Shown: positions 1 through 14,190 of the stretch, piece by piece | Layout: each line of letters starts with the position of its first letter | Position numbering within the stretch: position 1 is the stretch's first letter | Assembly: GCA_002633005.1 (NCBI GenBank) | Contig: NMRA01000105.1 | Location: 372,001 to 436,000, forward strand | Direction: 5' to 3' | Length of the DNA: 64,000 nt | Source: Phoronis australis | Taxonomy: Eukaryota; Animalia; Phoronida | Translations under genes and position numbers: made by a program | The notes under the pieces: model-generated | What the model was told of the DNA's origin: nothing | The model's database searches: none | The model's input: only the letters and a program-made list of their open reading frames with translations

Positions 1-2318
1 TACCGCCAGGGGTGAAATTGATGTTTTGTCATCGAGAGAGCAACTTTTCTCAACAAGCCATTCCCCTAACCAACAACACTCAACAGGTCACCAACAATTT
101 AGCAAGCAATTGTCACCTCCATGGCGGCTGCCTGATACGACACATTCTCCACTTCCCTTTGGAGAAAATACATGTTAAAGTGGACCACTTACCAAGCATT
201 TCAAGTCACTCCAACTCTCATTAAACAATTACTCTGTTGTGGTTAGTAAACCACAGCAGACTGTGAAGCTTTGTGTAGGAAGGACTGAGTAGTTTAACAT
301 TCAACTTCCACTGACCCCAGGCAGTAGTCTAGTGATTCCTATTATTCAACATTTAACACAAGAGAAAACACAGGGACCACAGAAGGAGTTGGATGCAGTG
401 TGGAAGTGTACCCCCAGTGTGAACAATAAGCTATATATGTATATGTATATGTATATATATATCTAAAAGTATTAACCCAAATCTAAAATTTCTAAGCCTC
501 GATAACACATTTTTCTCAGGTTTGATAACCCTAGTTATGTCACCTAACATTTTTCAAGGATTCATGAAGGCCATTAAAGCCAGCCAACTTTGATCCTTAT
601 GTAACCCCCATAAGACACCATGTACCAGTAGACAAATATCCCTGCCACGGCCCATTAACCCCTCACCTGTTAAATTACCCCTCTTACTCTCCCCCACCTT
701 CATTTGTCTGTCATCAACTGTGGCGACTCTATCCATTCCCAAGGAAACCCTTTGACTGAGGAATCTCCCAACATCAAATAATACACACCAGTGCCTTACC
801 CATTTAGTTCTCATTTACATTCTTTGTATTCATCCATTATGTAATATTGCATAATACAACAGTAACCATGACTACTGACTGCCAACCATAAAGCCACCAA
901 CTTGGCAAGAAGTCTTCTTACATGGGCCAATGAATTGTTTGAATAGTGGCTAAGAACATTCACACCAGCATGTGTGGTTCCCTTAGAACAATTTACTGTA
1001 AGAGATAAATTTTCTCAGCTGGCAAATCCATTTGACTTGTAACCTGAATAGCTGGGATTGCTACAACAATTTCATAATAACTAATGACATGTATTGTGCT
1101 ACCAATGTGCAGGCACCTCAATGTGTTTCCAAAAACTGACCAGAAAAATATGTAACCACCACAGACGCAAAAAGGAATACTTGAAATATTTTTAAAGAAA
1201 AGACTACCAGCTTACTTTTAGACCCTAAACTGTAACGCTTTGTGTGGCTTTCCAAATGATCAGTAAAACATGTCAGGCATCAATGTTCCACATATATTCG
1301 GACATGATGCTGAACCACATTTGATAAGGTCTGAGACATGTGTTTAGAGATCGTGAGCCATGTTTGAATCCGGGTCCAAGTTTTACATGACAAATGATCC
1401 AAACTGCGACATTATTTTTTTCATTTGCTATAAAATATAAATGAAATATTCAGCAAGTGTAAATACTACGTAACTATTAGTTAGTTTCTGGTAATCAACA
1501 AAAAGGAAGGATTGAATGTGAAAACTCCTGTGTAAATTTCCACTACATTTGAACTTTTGCTCATGTAGAAGAACCACGCAGGTATTTGATTTATATTTTC
1601 AACATACAGTACAAGCCATAAGTATTCAGACAAAATGACCCCAAAATTCCCCGTCAGCTGAGGGGAAGCCAAACAATCATCGTCAGGTTACCCTCTCTAA
1701 TGAGAATTAAGCGGAATAAACAGGAAAGTTATCAAGTTGGCTCAGCCATTCTGTAATTAGATTTTAGCTGCCTTAACAGTTATTACCATTCTTTTTTGCT
1801 GTTAACAGAATTAGATATCGTGATGGGGAAACGGTATTTTGTCTTATTGCATTTGTCTTGTGAGTGTAAACATGCATGCATTCTTATCGCTAGTAGCAAA
1901 TGCAAACCGGGACAAATTCTTGATTCACAAACAGCCATGTTCTGTAGTAGCAAAACGCAAGTAAAGTGAATGGCTGAAAGGTCCACTTTTGTTTGCACTT
2001 TGCACGAGGTTTGAGTAACCCAAAACTGTAGGCCTTTTCTCTAGCACTGTTGTAGCCAGATCACTAATTTCAAAGGGAACGAGTCGACGCGAGGACGGTA
2101 TGGAGGCATCAGTTTATCATTCCGTGCAACCAATTAATTGCACTACGCAAACATGATTGAACGTCATTACTGACACAAAAGCTATCAAAAACAAACTGCT
2201 GGCTAAAATCACCCCAATGCAGCACCATGTCTGTCTGTCTAAAACGTAAGTCTTCATGTCCACTAATTAACTGCCAGTAATTTCGTCATTCATGTGAAGG
2301 AGTGCAAGACAAACTTAC

Positions 2319-2447
2319 CTTGTTGTCAGTCAGCACATACAGATATTTTCCATTCTCACCAAACTCCATATCAGGCAGGATTTTATGTCCGCGGTTGATG
2401 GCAATCTCACTGTATTGGGTGGCGCTGCTCTGGCTCTCCACGACAAC
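2319..2447 (-). CDS. Plexin coding exon 3 (C-terminal part of Sema domain); gene continues toward or beyond the left edge
   Basis: ctttcatcag| ... |GTAAGT, 129 nt, phase 0/0; translates VVVESQSSATQYSEIAINRGHKILPDMEFGENGKYLYVLTDNK (plexin Sema end motif YLYVxT). Confidence 0.9.
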
Positions 2448-3049
2448 CTGATGAAAGTAAAATGGACCATTGTCAATTGACTAGATTGTGAGTGTGGGGC
2501 AGAGAGGAGCAAACTCAACCATTTGTCAAGACTAATACCACGTGTTTTTTACATAGTTACCAAAACAAGTACAAGCGAGATAGTATTAACGCATGTAAAT
2601 CCAGTGAAGATGGAACTATATTCCATGGTAAAAAAAAAACACTAGGCATGTACGGAGTTAACGTAACACGGCTCTGTGCACACTGGTACTAAAGTATTAA
2701 AGATACTGTGGTTTGATTGAAAACCAAACAAGTTTGCTTCCAATATTAAACAGTAACCATTCGTTGTTTCAACATGGAGCTGCACTATGTTTAGGAATCT
2801 GTGACACCCATCTGAAAAACCTGAACCAAATTTGAAAAACAGGGGAAAAGATTTACATGTTGGCTTGCAACTTTATACCTTTTAGCTGAAAAAGCAATAT
2901 CGACAGGCTAAGTAAATGTAAAGGCTTCAGTCAGTCACAACGTAGTAATCTTACGACACGCAAACATGCCGACCAATTTCACCCATATTAGGATTACAAC
3001 TAAGAGAGATAGCTAGAGAATAATTGAAAGCCTTCATTGTCTATGTTAC

Positions 3050-3235
3050 CTTTTTGATGTCTCCATCAGAGGTTCCAACAAAAGCCACTGTGAAGTTCTT
3101 TGTGGCAGTGACTGCAATGGCCGTCACTAGTTTGTTCCATGTGATCACAGGACTGCTTTCAATTGGCCAACGGTTAGTGCCGATAGGGAAGTTGTAGGTA
3201 TACTGGCCACAATAGTTATCTCTGATGGGAAATGC
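3050..3235 (-). CDS. Plexin coding exon 2 (Sema domain)
   Basis: ttaatttcag| ... |GTAACA, 186 nt, phase 0/0; AFPIRDNYCGQYTYNFPIG...VTAIAVTATKNFTVAFVGTSDGDIKK, the typical plexin TVAFVGTxxGxxKK motif. Confidence 0.92.
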
Positions 3236-3269
3236 CTGAAATTAAATACCGTTTAAGTAAGGTACATTA

Positions 3270-3625
3270 CAGAGTCCTCGTTCATCCGAGGGGAAAGGTG
3301 CGCGTGCTTCCTGAGAGGGGAATATTTCAGGATGAGGGGAAAATTCTACATCCCGATCGCCATCATTCATCAATAACACACCCACGCTATTGCAAGCCCT
3401 CACAGGCTCTGCCTCAATTAACCAAAATTAATAATTTGTGGTGTTTCAAAGTGTCACTTGTGTACGTTACAAGTAATTTAAACTTCGAGGGGAATTTTTC
3501 AATCACTTCAGGGCAATTTTTGGGCATCATGAGGTCAATTTCGTGAGATTTTTCAATATTTTTCAGAGGGGAATGGGGTCGATATTTGGCCCCAAAATCG
3601 AGGGGTTTAGAGTCCGGCATTATCC
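3270..3625 (+). mobile_element. Degenerate hAT-like MITE (CAGGGTCCTC / GGGAATTTT family)
   Basis: Shares GAGGGGAAAGGTGC, repeated GGGGAATTTTT and GGCCCCAAAATCGAGGG with copies at about 10237, 33815 and 34415. Confidence 0.5.
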
Positions 3626-4029
3626 CTCACTTATTGTATGTTTTCAAAACATAAGGTCATTTAATAACAACTTAAGTTCTGTCATGGAATGACATATCGA
3701 TTTGGCGGGAAATTCGAAACTTGACATACGAGGGACTTGAACTTGGGTGTCAGAATTAGCAAGCACACACGTTACCGCTAAGCCACGGCATGCACACTGC
3801 AAGTGCAGTTGAAGAAATGTATATAAACAAGTTGTGCGCAAGGACACTCAATGTTTGCGATGTATCACTTGAGCGTAATATTATTCAACGTAAAAAGGGA
3901 ACTTTCAAACTTTTACTTATCGATGTACACGAATCAATCAAACTTCAAAAACAGTATGCATTGTAGCTGAATAAAAAATAATTCTGATCAATAACAAACC
4001 AATGTCAAATACTTAACTATGCAAAAAAT

Positions 4030-5114
4030 ACAAGTTTGACAGAGCAGACATCAAATCTTCCTATATTTTTGTAGTCATTAGTGTTGACCTGATGACCCAT
4101 GATGTCACCCAAGCAGTTCCAAAGGCATCAACATGAAGGAACAGAAAGTTTCTATCAGACAACAGGTGCTATTTATATAAACTCTATGAGGCACAACGGT
4201 AGTGGGATCCGGTAGTGGGATCCGGATCCGTTCAAAAGCAGTCATCATCTGCATTCATAAGAATACACCTGTTGAAGTTCACAAAAATCCTACGAGGGAT
4301 TTAAGAGATACAGCTGTGAATACAAAACTGTGCCACTAAGGGTAAAGGGGACCCACAGTAGTTGTTCACATTCAAAAATCAACACTACTCGTGCTGTTGC
4401 CAAAAGAAAAACAATTGTCCGTTTTCTCAATTATCTTTTATGTGGTTTCGCGGATAGAGGCTGACGCCAAAAAAATAAGAAATGGCCATTGGGTGGTTTC
4501 ATCAGTCAGAAAATAGAAAACTCATCACCTAAAAAGAGACATATTTTGCCACATTTCATAAAATTCTGTGTGAGAACTCTGAAGATACAGAAGTACACAG
4601 CTATGGTCAAATCTGCCCGTAAGTCAACATCATACATTGCCACACTCACGGAACAAACGTTGCCAAATTTTGAAAAAATTCCGCAAGAGATAAGTTGCCA
4701 ATGCAAAATAATTGTCACTAGGGAGTGCCACAGTAGTGGGACACATCCGAAAATGACCCTTGGAGCAGTTTGGCAGACAGAGTCGAATGTCCAAAAAACA
4801 GACTTGAAAATAATAAAAAATGGCCACTAGTATCACATAAAACATTGAATCCATCCGAGCATAGGGTTATGTCGTTGTCTCCATAATTTCTTGAAAATCC
4901 AACGAGGAACGCTGGAGCTACAGAGGCGAGCGACAAAAAATAAAACTGCTACTAGATGGCGCAGCAACATTTATACCGGCCAGAAACTTGTTACAATAGG
5001 ACACCAGCTCCATAGGAACAATTTTGCAAATCCCCACAATATCCTGCTAGAGGTTAAGAAGATAGAGCACCTGAGGTCGGGTGCCCCAGATGCCCACATG
5101 TGGGTGCATAAAAA
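4030..5114 (+). mobile_element. Probable Helentron-associated (HINE/DINE-1-like) element with degenerate internal tandem units
   Basis: Recurring blocks (CAGTAGTGGGA, AATTTxxxAAAATCC, ATGGCCAC) about every 150-190 bp; ends in hairpin ATGCCCACATGTGGGTGCAT followed by an A-run; related fragment at about 23430-23680; left boundary approximate. Confidence 0.4.
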
Positions 5115-5413
5115 GGTAATGTTCCCACTTCAGAATTACCCTGTCAGATACGCTATCATGAAAGCAGTTTACCTGGAAGGTAACCCTGGAAATACAAGAA
5201 AACACAGCAAGGTAAACAAATATTACGCAATTGATATTAAGTATGAGCAGCAATGAAGAGTGGTTTCTTTTTCGATTCTCACTGGAGCGAGCATCAAATG
5301 CAGTTGATCAATAGAGGGCGTGTGTGGAAAAAGCGACCCACATGATTATCCCATGCGTGCACTTTTTTGCCAAAAAGTAATCTTCGACTTCCCCAATAGG
5401 AGGCACTACTTAC

Positions 5414-6511
5414 TTGTTCAGACACTTTGAGGCATCCATCAGCAGGTGCAAAATGTCTTGGTCCTTTAATGCCTTCACCTTGGAAACATTTTTTTATGTT
5501 CAAGGTGAACTGAGACACAATCTTCCCCATGGGGTAAACACACATGGCGGTCTGGCTAGTTCCGTCTTTAGAGAAGAGCACGAACAGGGCCTCCTTATTG
5601 GTCGATGTATCCATTGATAGGTTGTTGAGCAGCTGGCGCCCCGGTGTGGCCAAATAGGCAGTTTGGGCATGATTATAGTTGTTGCCCCCCGACGAACACA
5701 CTAATGGAACTTCTGCGTAAGAAGAGTACTTGTAGTCCTCCTGGCAAATACGCCCTAATTTGGTGATATATGGTGAATCTTGATTAAATGGGTCCTTCTT
5801 CTGTACAACAAGGAAGTAGCTAAATCCCGCAGAAGAGAAACCATAAAGATATTTAATCTTGAATGCTTTGTAGTCAGGTATCAACTTCAAGCGGCTATTC
5901 CCCGCTAAAGTGTCGCTAAGTACCAACTGGAAGTTGTCTGGATTTCGTGTACTTATCGACAACCAATCATAGACGGATTCATAGGTGGTGCGCTCAGTTC
6001 CAAAATATAGAACTTCACTACCGGCCAGCTTGCCTGGTGCCAGGAATACCACAGCGGAGGAGTCGTCATTTGGAACCAGAACTGATTTGATGCTCTCCAG
6101 GCTATCAAGTTCAGTGATTTTGTCTAGCACATACTTTCTACAAGATCCTTGAAACACGTTCATACATACAATCAATCGGTTTGCTCTTTTGTTGATCACC
6201 AAAGCCTTAACAGTTACACTAGTGCTCTTTTTGGTAGGGCATCCATGCTGCAGTGCCGCGGGGATGCACGATGGACTGTCCACGACAGGACCGATTAAGT
6301 TCCTCCGAAGTTTCAGTAAACTTTCATTTAGTTCGTATATAGTATTTGTGGCGGCTAAATACAAATTTCCCGTCTCTTTGTCCCGTACCATGTGACTGAA
6401 ACTCACTCCAGTGTCTGTTTCCATGAAAGTGTTCACAATGTAGGAGTCGTTGTTAGCAGCCGTGCACTGCAGGAGTGCAGACATACACGCAATAATAGAA
6501 TAGATCCACAT
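5414..6511 (-). CDS. Plexin (class A/B-like) first coding exon: signal peptide plus most of the Sema domain
   Basis: ATG at 6511 (acceptor ttttcag| at 6557); hydrophobic leader MWIYSIIACMSALLQCTAA; Sema motifs LYLAATNTIYEL, LIVC..VFQGSC, YLYGFSSAGFSYF, ICQED..YSSYAEVPLVC, AMCVY, NIKKCFQG; donor CAA|GTAAGT at 5413; 1098 nt. Confidence 0.93.
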
Positions 6512-9363
6512 TTTGGACACTTAATCAGGCTTGCACTTCACATATTTTCACTCCATCTGAAAAACAGAAAGAAATTCACAATAAAGAATTTATTTCCAAA
6601 GACAGGGAAAACCTGTACAAGAAACAAACATAAGTCTAAACTTTATTACTGTAGCAACTTCCATAATGTCCCAGTCTCTACTGAAACTATGATTTGCTGA
6701 AGCCTCTACTTTCTTATTAAACCACAAAACCTGTTCCAAAAGCCTGGGAACTTCAGAACTATTACCATACCCTAGTTACAAGCTGGCATTTTTGCTAGCT
6801 GAGCACTTTGGCCTCTCATAAAAGTGTCAGTAAGACCAATGGTTGAAAGGTTCACCTTTGTACCCAGTCATGTACACCAAAGGAGCCATTCCATGGGATA
6901 GATACCTATCTTTGTAACTAAATTCAGTGCACACTCAAACACAGTCTACCCCTGCCACACAAACACAATGCACTCTGCCACCAAACCACACTCACAGGTC
7001 AGGACCAATAACTACAGTCCACATTACAAAAACAGTGCTTAGGCAGGCTAACTTTTGTCACAGATATTATAAGGACATACAAAGAGAAAGTTTTCCAAAA
7101 GTTTAACGATTTCTAGACAGTGCAATCCACCAGTTCCAAAACTTGAACATGCAACTGATCAGCCACAAGAGGCAATATACCTCTTGGCATGCAGTTTGCA
7201 GATTGTATGTGATACTGAGAGGAGAGCTGGACATTCTCAAAAGCAGGCAGTACATACAGCAATTGTTCTCAATTTTGAAATCTGGTAATAAAGCTCAACA
7301 AAATTGCCAGATATTCAACAGAATGAACGGGTTTTCAAAATTATTAAGTTCAAAATTTATTCATTTCAGATAAAATAACATAAATTAAGAAATTAACATT
7401 GATAAAATTCTTTATCAAATACCAAAGCCATTTATCACTTCAAGTAGTTTACACAATATTGTCTTGGTGTTCTCAACCACCAGTCCAACAGTTGTTCTCA
7501 TCCTCATTCACAGCAGGCCAGCACTTCTCACCTGAACTCCTGGCCTGGCTGGTAATCACAACTCCAGACAGGTTAGGGAACCAGCAAAAGAATTCCACCG
7601 CAAATGGAGAAGAAAACATCACAAACACCACCTGTTTATATTGGAGAAACCAGAAGATCAAGCTTACAGTCCTCCCGACTCCCAACATCAAACTGCAGCC
7701 TGCTGAGGGTTCACACTTATCTTCAGGAAGCCAGTGAACACAATGATAGCCTCCACTTCCAGCCTGTGTACTGAACCTTTGGAACAATTACAGTGAGATT
7801 GGATAGGCCAACTGGCCATTTGCTCAGTGAGCATGTCTGGGCCAATATGTCACTGAGGAATGTGACCCACAATTGGTGTGGGAACAAAACAGTGGTTGCC
7901 TGCAGAATCTTGTTTCAATTAACCTATGCAAGTCAAAATAACAGATATGGACTGGCAAGACTCAGAGAGGAAAATGCCAGTCTGAGAGCAGACATTCAAA
8001 AATTGTTTTTTCATGTTTTTGTAAAACATCAACAATTTTGGAAATTTGTTGAGAAGGCTATTGAAATAATGGGTTAATGTTTGTAACACCGTAAAAGATT
8101 CTTACCGGTACTGTAATAAATGTTTAAATGGCTTATCACTTAATAAAACCAGAAAATGATTCAATACTAGGCCATTAACAAGGGCAGTATATGGCCGTAG
8201 ACACTAGAAACTCGTGAAAACACAAGATCTAGCAAGACTTTGAGAGACCTCGCCATACATGACAAGCAAACCACGTGATCACATTTGGTATTATTCTGTC
8301 TCATGTCAACAGAATAATGTTACCAAAACTTTCTATATTGCATCAGAATCAAGAAGGAACATGGAATGCCTATGACACTGGTGGTCATCACATCTATGTT
8401 TAGCCAATGACATCACGCCCCAGAGAGAAGGCGGAGTTACACTTGTCTGTCAGTACATGACCTCACTTCAATTCCACTAACATCAGGTAAGGATACCTAT
8501 TACATAACAATGGGAATCTGGATTTGGGGAGTTTGTAAATGGACAGGACCACAGACCACCAGTGTGTTCCTGAAGAAATAATACTTTGCCATATTTACTT
8601 CAAATATTCATAAACCTTGAGTCATCTCAAAGACTATACTTTTCGCTACACAAAATAACAACTAACAAATTTCAAATTAGAAAGTTGAGTAGGAGGGATC
8701 AAAAAGGGCGCTAGGGTGTCACATTGCCACTCTAAACATCACCAGCTATTGACAAAAACAGTACTTGACCACCCGAGAAATACTGGAGCCACTGTTCATT
8801 CAATGGTGAATCCAGTATTTCTTAAGCACTCTGAACAGATACTTGTCTTAAACAACACATTCCAAAAAACATCACAAACCTGCTGAGTCATCCAGAACAA
8901 ATACTGGGGTAAATTTAACACACCTTGCGCTTTACAAGAACCAGCCCATAGAAAACCTGCTTCATTATTGTCCTGTCCAGATGTTGAGTAATCAATGACA
9001 GGCAATAGGGCTAGTAGCACAAATCCTTCCCATACAATAAGACATAAAAAACACCCGGGCTTGTATTGATCCTAGTCGATAAATCATGTGAAGTAGCAGT
9101 TAACAGGTTACAATAACAGGCATTTGGATACATAGGAACACGTTTTGTAGAAGGCAGAGGATCATATCATGGCCATTAATAAAACGAGTCACCAAATCCT
9201 GACTGAATTTCAGGGGGTACGGTATTGCATCATTAGGGATTGTCTCAGGGACCCATTTTCATGCTTGACATAGTCTCTCATCTACAGACAGCCCTGTATG
9301 TCTCCTGTTTAACAATTGATAATCACTTCCATATCCAAGTCTTGCCAAAGCAGATATAAGTAA

Positions 9364-9898
9364 GGTCGCTTTCCCATTAGGGGAACTTCAATATACCAAA
9401 GCTTCGCCAAAACTTCCCTTACCTTTCCCACTAACAGCGATATCAAAGTTATCACAATGACAACACACAACACATTTCATTCGTAATCTCGAACGAATAC
9501 TGAGTAATGGGTTTGAGGCTAACTAAAATTGTTCTCCTGCTATTTACGAGTGTTTATAAAAATATCAGCATCATTCTTCATCAGATATCCTTCCTTTTAC
9601 TTGGTTACGTCTATCTATTGAGAGCACGTCTGCTTCGCTGCAATAACAAAGAACACGTTTTGCGAGTCTCGCGCGATCGCATATCATTGCTGCGACCTTT
9701 ACAGATAACTTCAACGAAGCTTCTCTTTGACTGTCCCCACAACACCGAAGTTTTGGTAAGTACTGAAGCTTTGCTTTCAAATCCTACTACCGGTATTTTA
9801 AGCAAAGTTTCGTTTGCAGATTAACTAGTGGAGTTAACCTTTCTCACTTACCGAAACTTCGGTAAAAGCGAAGTATCGCCTCTAATGGGAAAGGGACT
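9364..9898. mobile_element. PIF/Harbinger-like MITE (535 bp)
   Basis: TIR GGTCGCTTTCCCATTAG / CTAATGGGAAAGGGACT; TAA target duplication on both sides. Confidence 0.75.
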
Positions 9899-10236
9899 TA
9901 AAAGACTATTAAAATGCATTGTGTAGAGACTTCTGACAAGAAATCAGTTATAACCACTTTATACACATCTAAGGACTGAGAGAAACCAAGTGTAACATTG
10001 TATTAACCTTTTAATCATCAAGCATCAGCCTTGACTAATGAATATGTGTGTCTTAATCAGATGATGCCATGGGGTTCACAAATATTAAGTTGTCTAGACT
10101 TGAGCAGGTTGACCAATACAAGTCATGAGCAAGTCACTAATGACCCTGGCAAAACGAGTTTATCAAAATTAGTGGCAACTACAATCAAAGGGTGGATCAA
10201 AGGGAGGAGATCTGAGGCGTGTCTCTTGAATACCGC

Positions 10237-10513
10237 CATGGCCCTCATTCACTGAGAGGAAAGGTGCCTGTATCTTTTTAAAAAGAAAATTTTTGCAGCA
10301 TTTTCACCAAGAGGGGAATTTTGTGATGTTTGAACTGCATTTGATTCACTGCTTTATATGACAATTGTGCGTATACTACGAGAGGAACTTTTTGGATCAT
10401 TTAGACGACAATTTTTTTACTTCATAAGGGTAATTTCCCACGAATTTTGAATATTTTTAAGCGGGGGATAGAGGCCCAATTTTCAGCCCCAATATCGAGG
10501 GATCGAGGGCCTG
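10237..10513 (+). mobile_element. Degenerate hAT-like MITE (same family as 3270)
   Basis: CATGGCCCTC...GAGAGGAAAGGTGCC...CCCAATATCGAGGGATCGAGGGCCTG. Confidence 0.55.
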
Positions 10514-13500
10514 ACCGCAGCAGGGAAAGTGATGGAGGTTTCCTGTATATCTAGAAAGGGCCATTTTGTCTTCTGGGTCCCCGATATCAAATGTCTGCAC
10601 GTGCACAAATAGCGTCCACACTGCAACAAAACTTAGCGATGACACTTCAAGTGCTGACTTGTTCTAAGCTACCTTGTAGTGCGCATGGCACATAACATTA
10701 TCTTTTACTTGCAACACCACAAATATGCATTTCATCAAAGTGGAGGTGGACCCTTTGTACTACTAAGAAAATATAGGATTGAATGCAGAAGCCTTTAACT
10801 TGAATGGCAGAGAAGGACTAACCTGGGGGTATACCTTAACATCAACAAGTCAGGGCACCCCTTCTCAATAGTCAATTGGATAATAACACAGGTGAACCAG
10901 TTCAGCCTCGGACACATGTCCTAATACAACAGCATCAAGTACGTAACACAAGTGAACGCTGCCGTCAAAATTTCTGCTCCATTTTGCTCACCACGCCAGT
11001 AACAGTTGAGGTACAGGGCTAGTGAATGGCAAACGTGTCTCTTGTTCTGTACTCACTCCCCTGAGTGTAATAGTTATAACAAAGCACTAGAGAGCAAACA
11101 AAGTCCTTTAACAAGACTAACCATTCTCAAGTGGTCTACCAAGTTGTGTATACAGCAGTTGTGAAGCCTAGAGGCAAACAAAAAGGCTGGGGCTTTTATA
11201 CCAGGAATGTACTGATCTGTACCTCACACATATATTAATAATGAACAGGGAGCCGCCTGATTGAAAGACAGTTAATAGCCGAATTATTGACCCCAGCAAA
11301 CAATGGCTGGAAAAATATTTTTCTACTGAGTAGTAAGTACATAACTTTGCTATCGCCAGACCACAGTCCCTTTGAAGCATGGTGAAGTTTTGTATGGAGA
11401 TATAGTAATAAGAACAAGGGAGCTAATTGAGACGCGGCTGAAAGGAAATGCCCTGTTGATGGCCTTGTTTACAGGGAACATAGAACAAAGGTTAAGTACA
11501 AATATACCTACAATTGGCTGACATTGGCAACATCCTATTAATGACGTGTCTAAGCACGGGATGACAAAACTGTGTTAAGATATCGTTCATAACCAAAACA
11601 ACTTTTAACACATATCCAGACAGCCAACAAAACCCTTATTCGTGAATCATGATCTGTATGTCAAAAAAACGGTATGACGCTGTAATTTCCCCCCATTATC
11701 AAGTTGTCTAAAATAAGTCACTTGAAACAATCATTAATACATAGAAACCACGAGTTGTAAGTATTTAGGATATCTTAAAGTGCACCAGAGCAAAATAGGC
11801 TCCGCCAAATTGTTTCGGAGAAGAATCAAAGTTAATGATCAGATTAAAATATCTCCAAGACCCAGATAGTTATGGAAATAATCAAATTACGCGCTTGACT
11901 ATTTGTGGCAATCATGTCAGCGATAAGGGACACAACAGCTGGATTAGAAATAGATATGGTGTCAGGCTACAATAAAAAGTCATGCAGATAGCAAAGTTTA
12001 AACGTAAAGGTAAACAGCAGGTGAAGTTGGATAAATTCACTGAGGAGGACATTCAGTAAGAGTGACGAAATTACGCAAAACAATATTACGCTGCCGTTCA
12101 ATTTGCCGATGTGATTCACAAAGTTTCAATGAGCACAAGTCAACAGTGCCCGGTTCAAAGTTTATTAACAAAAATGGGAGAAAACAAACCACAAGGCAGT
12201 GTTGTTGGGCAGCATTCTGTAAATTAAGGCCAGAAAAGACAAATGGCATTTTGATTGACATTTAACAGGAAGTCCTGGACCCACAACAACTTCACAAAAC
12301 TGATTAACGAAATTTAACTTTGACCTAGACCAACAGCTTGCTTGTATGAGCAGTCCATCACTGTATGATGCATAAAAAGGAAACCACAGGCTCCGTGGGA
12401 ATCGATCAAAATTTATTGGATAAATTGTCAGTAATCGTGGGTAATTTACAGGGAATAATTCTATAAATTATTTAATGTTCTTGGCAGCACAATCATGAAT
12501 TTTGTACAAGAATACTAGACTCACTTGTTGAAGCCTTCATTATGGAAGTGCTACTATCAATTCTTCCAATCACAAACAGGCTGAAATATTAACATTTCTA
12601 CCAACACTTAAGCCAGAAGTTAAAATGTCGGTTATTTGAACGTTTGCAAGGGTTGCTACTGCTAAAGATTTAAGTCATCCAGAAACTGACGGCGTTTTCG
12701 CAAGTACTTTTGTAGCCAGACTGCTTGCTTCAAGGAATATGTATGCGCAAGATAAAATAGGCTTTATTGTTGTGCTATCTCTTCACTGCAGAATGAACAT
12801 GCTTTGACTTTCAGGGACTATGGTGATGAGGAAAAAACTAACTGTGGGAGAAAAGCCCCTTAACGGACAGTTCGTCTTGACTAGATAAAACGGCAGCGTT
12901 TTCGCCATTGAAAAGCTGCTAACATTTTCGCCACCCCTTTGAACCTGGTGTGACAGTTCAGTGTACCAGAATTAAATGCCTTTGGTGACAAATACAGACT
13001 TTCCATAATTTACACAAAAATAAGAAACCTCAGGAGAATGGAAAGTGTTCTCCCTGTTTAACAACAACTGAATTAGTCATCTACCTCTGAATAAGACACT
13101 GATATGCATTGTTGAAACTCGCAAAAACAAAATTTCACAAGCGGTCAGCAGTTTCCTTCCTCCTAAAGTGCAGCCAAAAGTTAAAAACACAAAGCATCTC
13201 ATAAATTTTGATTATGTAGACTGCTTTGATGATAAGTAAAAAATTCCAATTTTCAAATTCTTGTGATCAAATTGTTTAAAATCCTGAAAAAAACCGAAGT
13301 TCCCAATCAAGCTTTGTTTTCACATAGCTGGAAATTCCTCATAAGCTGGTTACAACTCCACACCAGTCAGAACTAGTATCTCATAGACTCCTACAACTGG
13401 ACTTTTCTAATTCAGTTAATGAAACAATTAGACCCCAGCATGAAAAACAAGCGTTTCTAGGAAAACAATCCCAGGGCCTGACGACATGGCATGAGCTCAG

Positions 13501-14190
13501 ACTGAGATCATGAACATCACATGCCCACAGCAGGGGAAATGCCAACATGACACTCAACTTCAACCGTTTAAACTCATTTATGGACTTGTGTCTGTTGCTA
13601 GATCACAGATCTATAACACTGGAGAGGTTCACAATTTTCAAATCGAAATTGGCAAGAAGTGCAGCACGTTACAAAGGAACTCAAATTTGATCCAATTTAA
13701 GCAGGAATACTTGTGAAAAGACAAACTACTTGTCATCACCAGGTGGCGACACCATCTCATCCATGAGTCGGCTCACCTAGAACTACCAAGTAACATGTGA
13801 TGGAAATCGATGGTATTTCATGACTCCACTAAAAATAGCTTGGCTAAAGAAAAATTTACGAGAGCGGAAAGCAGAAGAAGTAATGAAAATCAGAAATCTT
13901 TGCTTGGCATTACTTTTAATGGCCGATGCTACAAGTACTGTCATACTTTTTTCATCTGGAAATACCACATCTGGTTACATGTGGAGATAAATCAAACTAG
14001 TTGAGAAAAAACCGTCTTCATCACAAAGACTCGCGTGCACCATACAGCGATGAGTTAACAAAATACACTTCAAAAGTAGCTCCATGTTCAAAACGTATAT
14101 CTACTTATTAGCCACTACTTTGCATTTCTGTCTTCTTGGACTTAAGATTTATTGAAAATCTTTGTTCAAGAAGCTATTCCACATCATGGT

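Noticed and set aside
1-2318. Next plexin exon (PSI domain, CxWC)
   Set aside because: No convincing exon found by eye; it probably lies left of the window.
4489-5256. Cluster of ORFs over 100 aa
   Set aside because: They lie in a degenerate repeat element and show no protein-family motifs.
5294-5413. C-terminal part of the 408-aa ORF (a secreted Sema-only protein)
   Set aside because: This is read-through past a consensus GTAAGT donor; in-phase downstream Sema exons exist.
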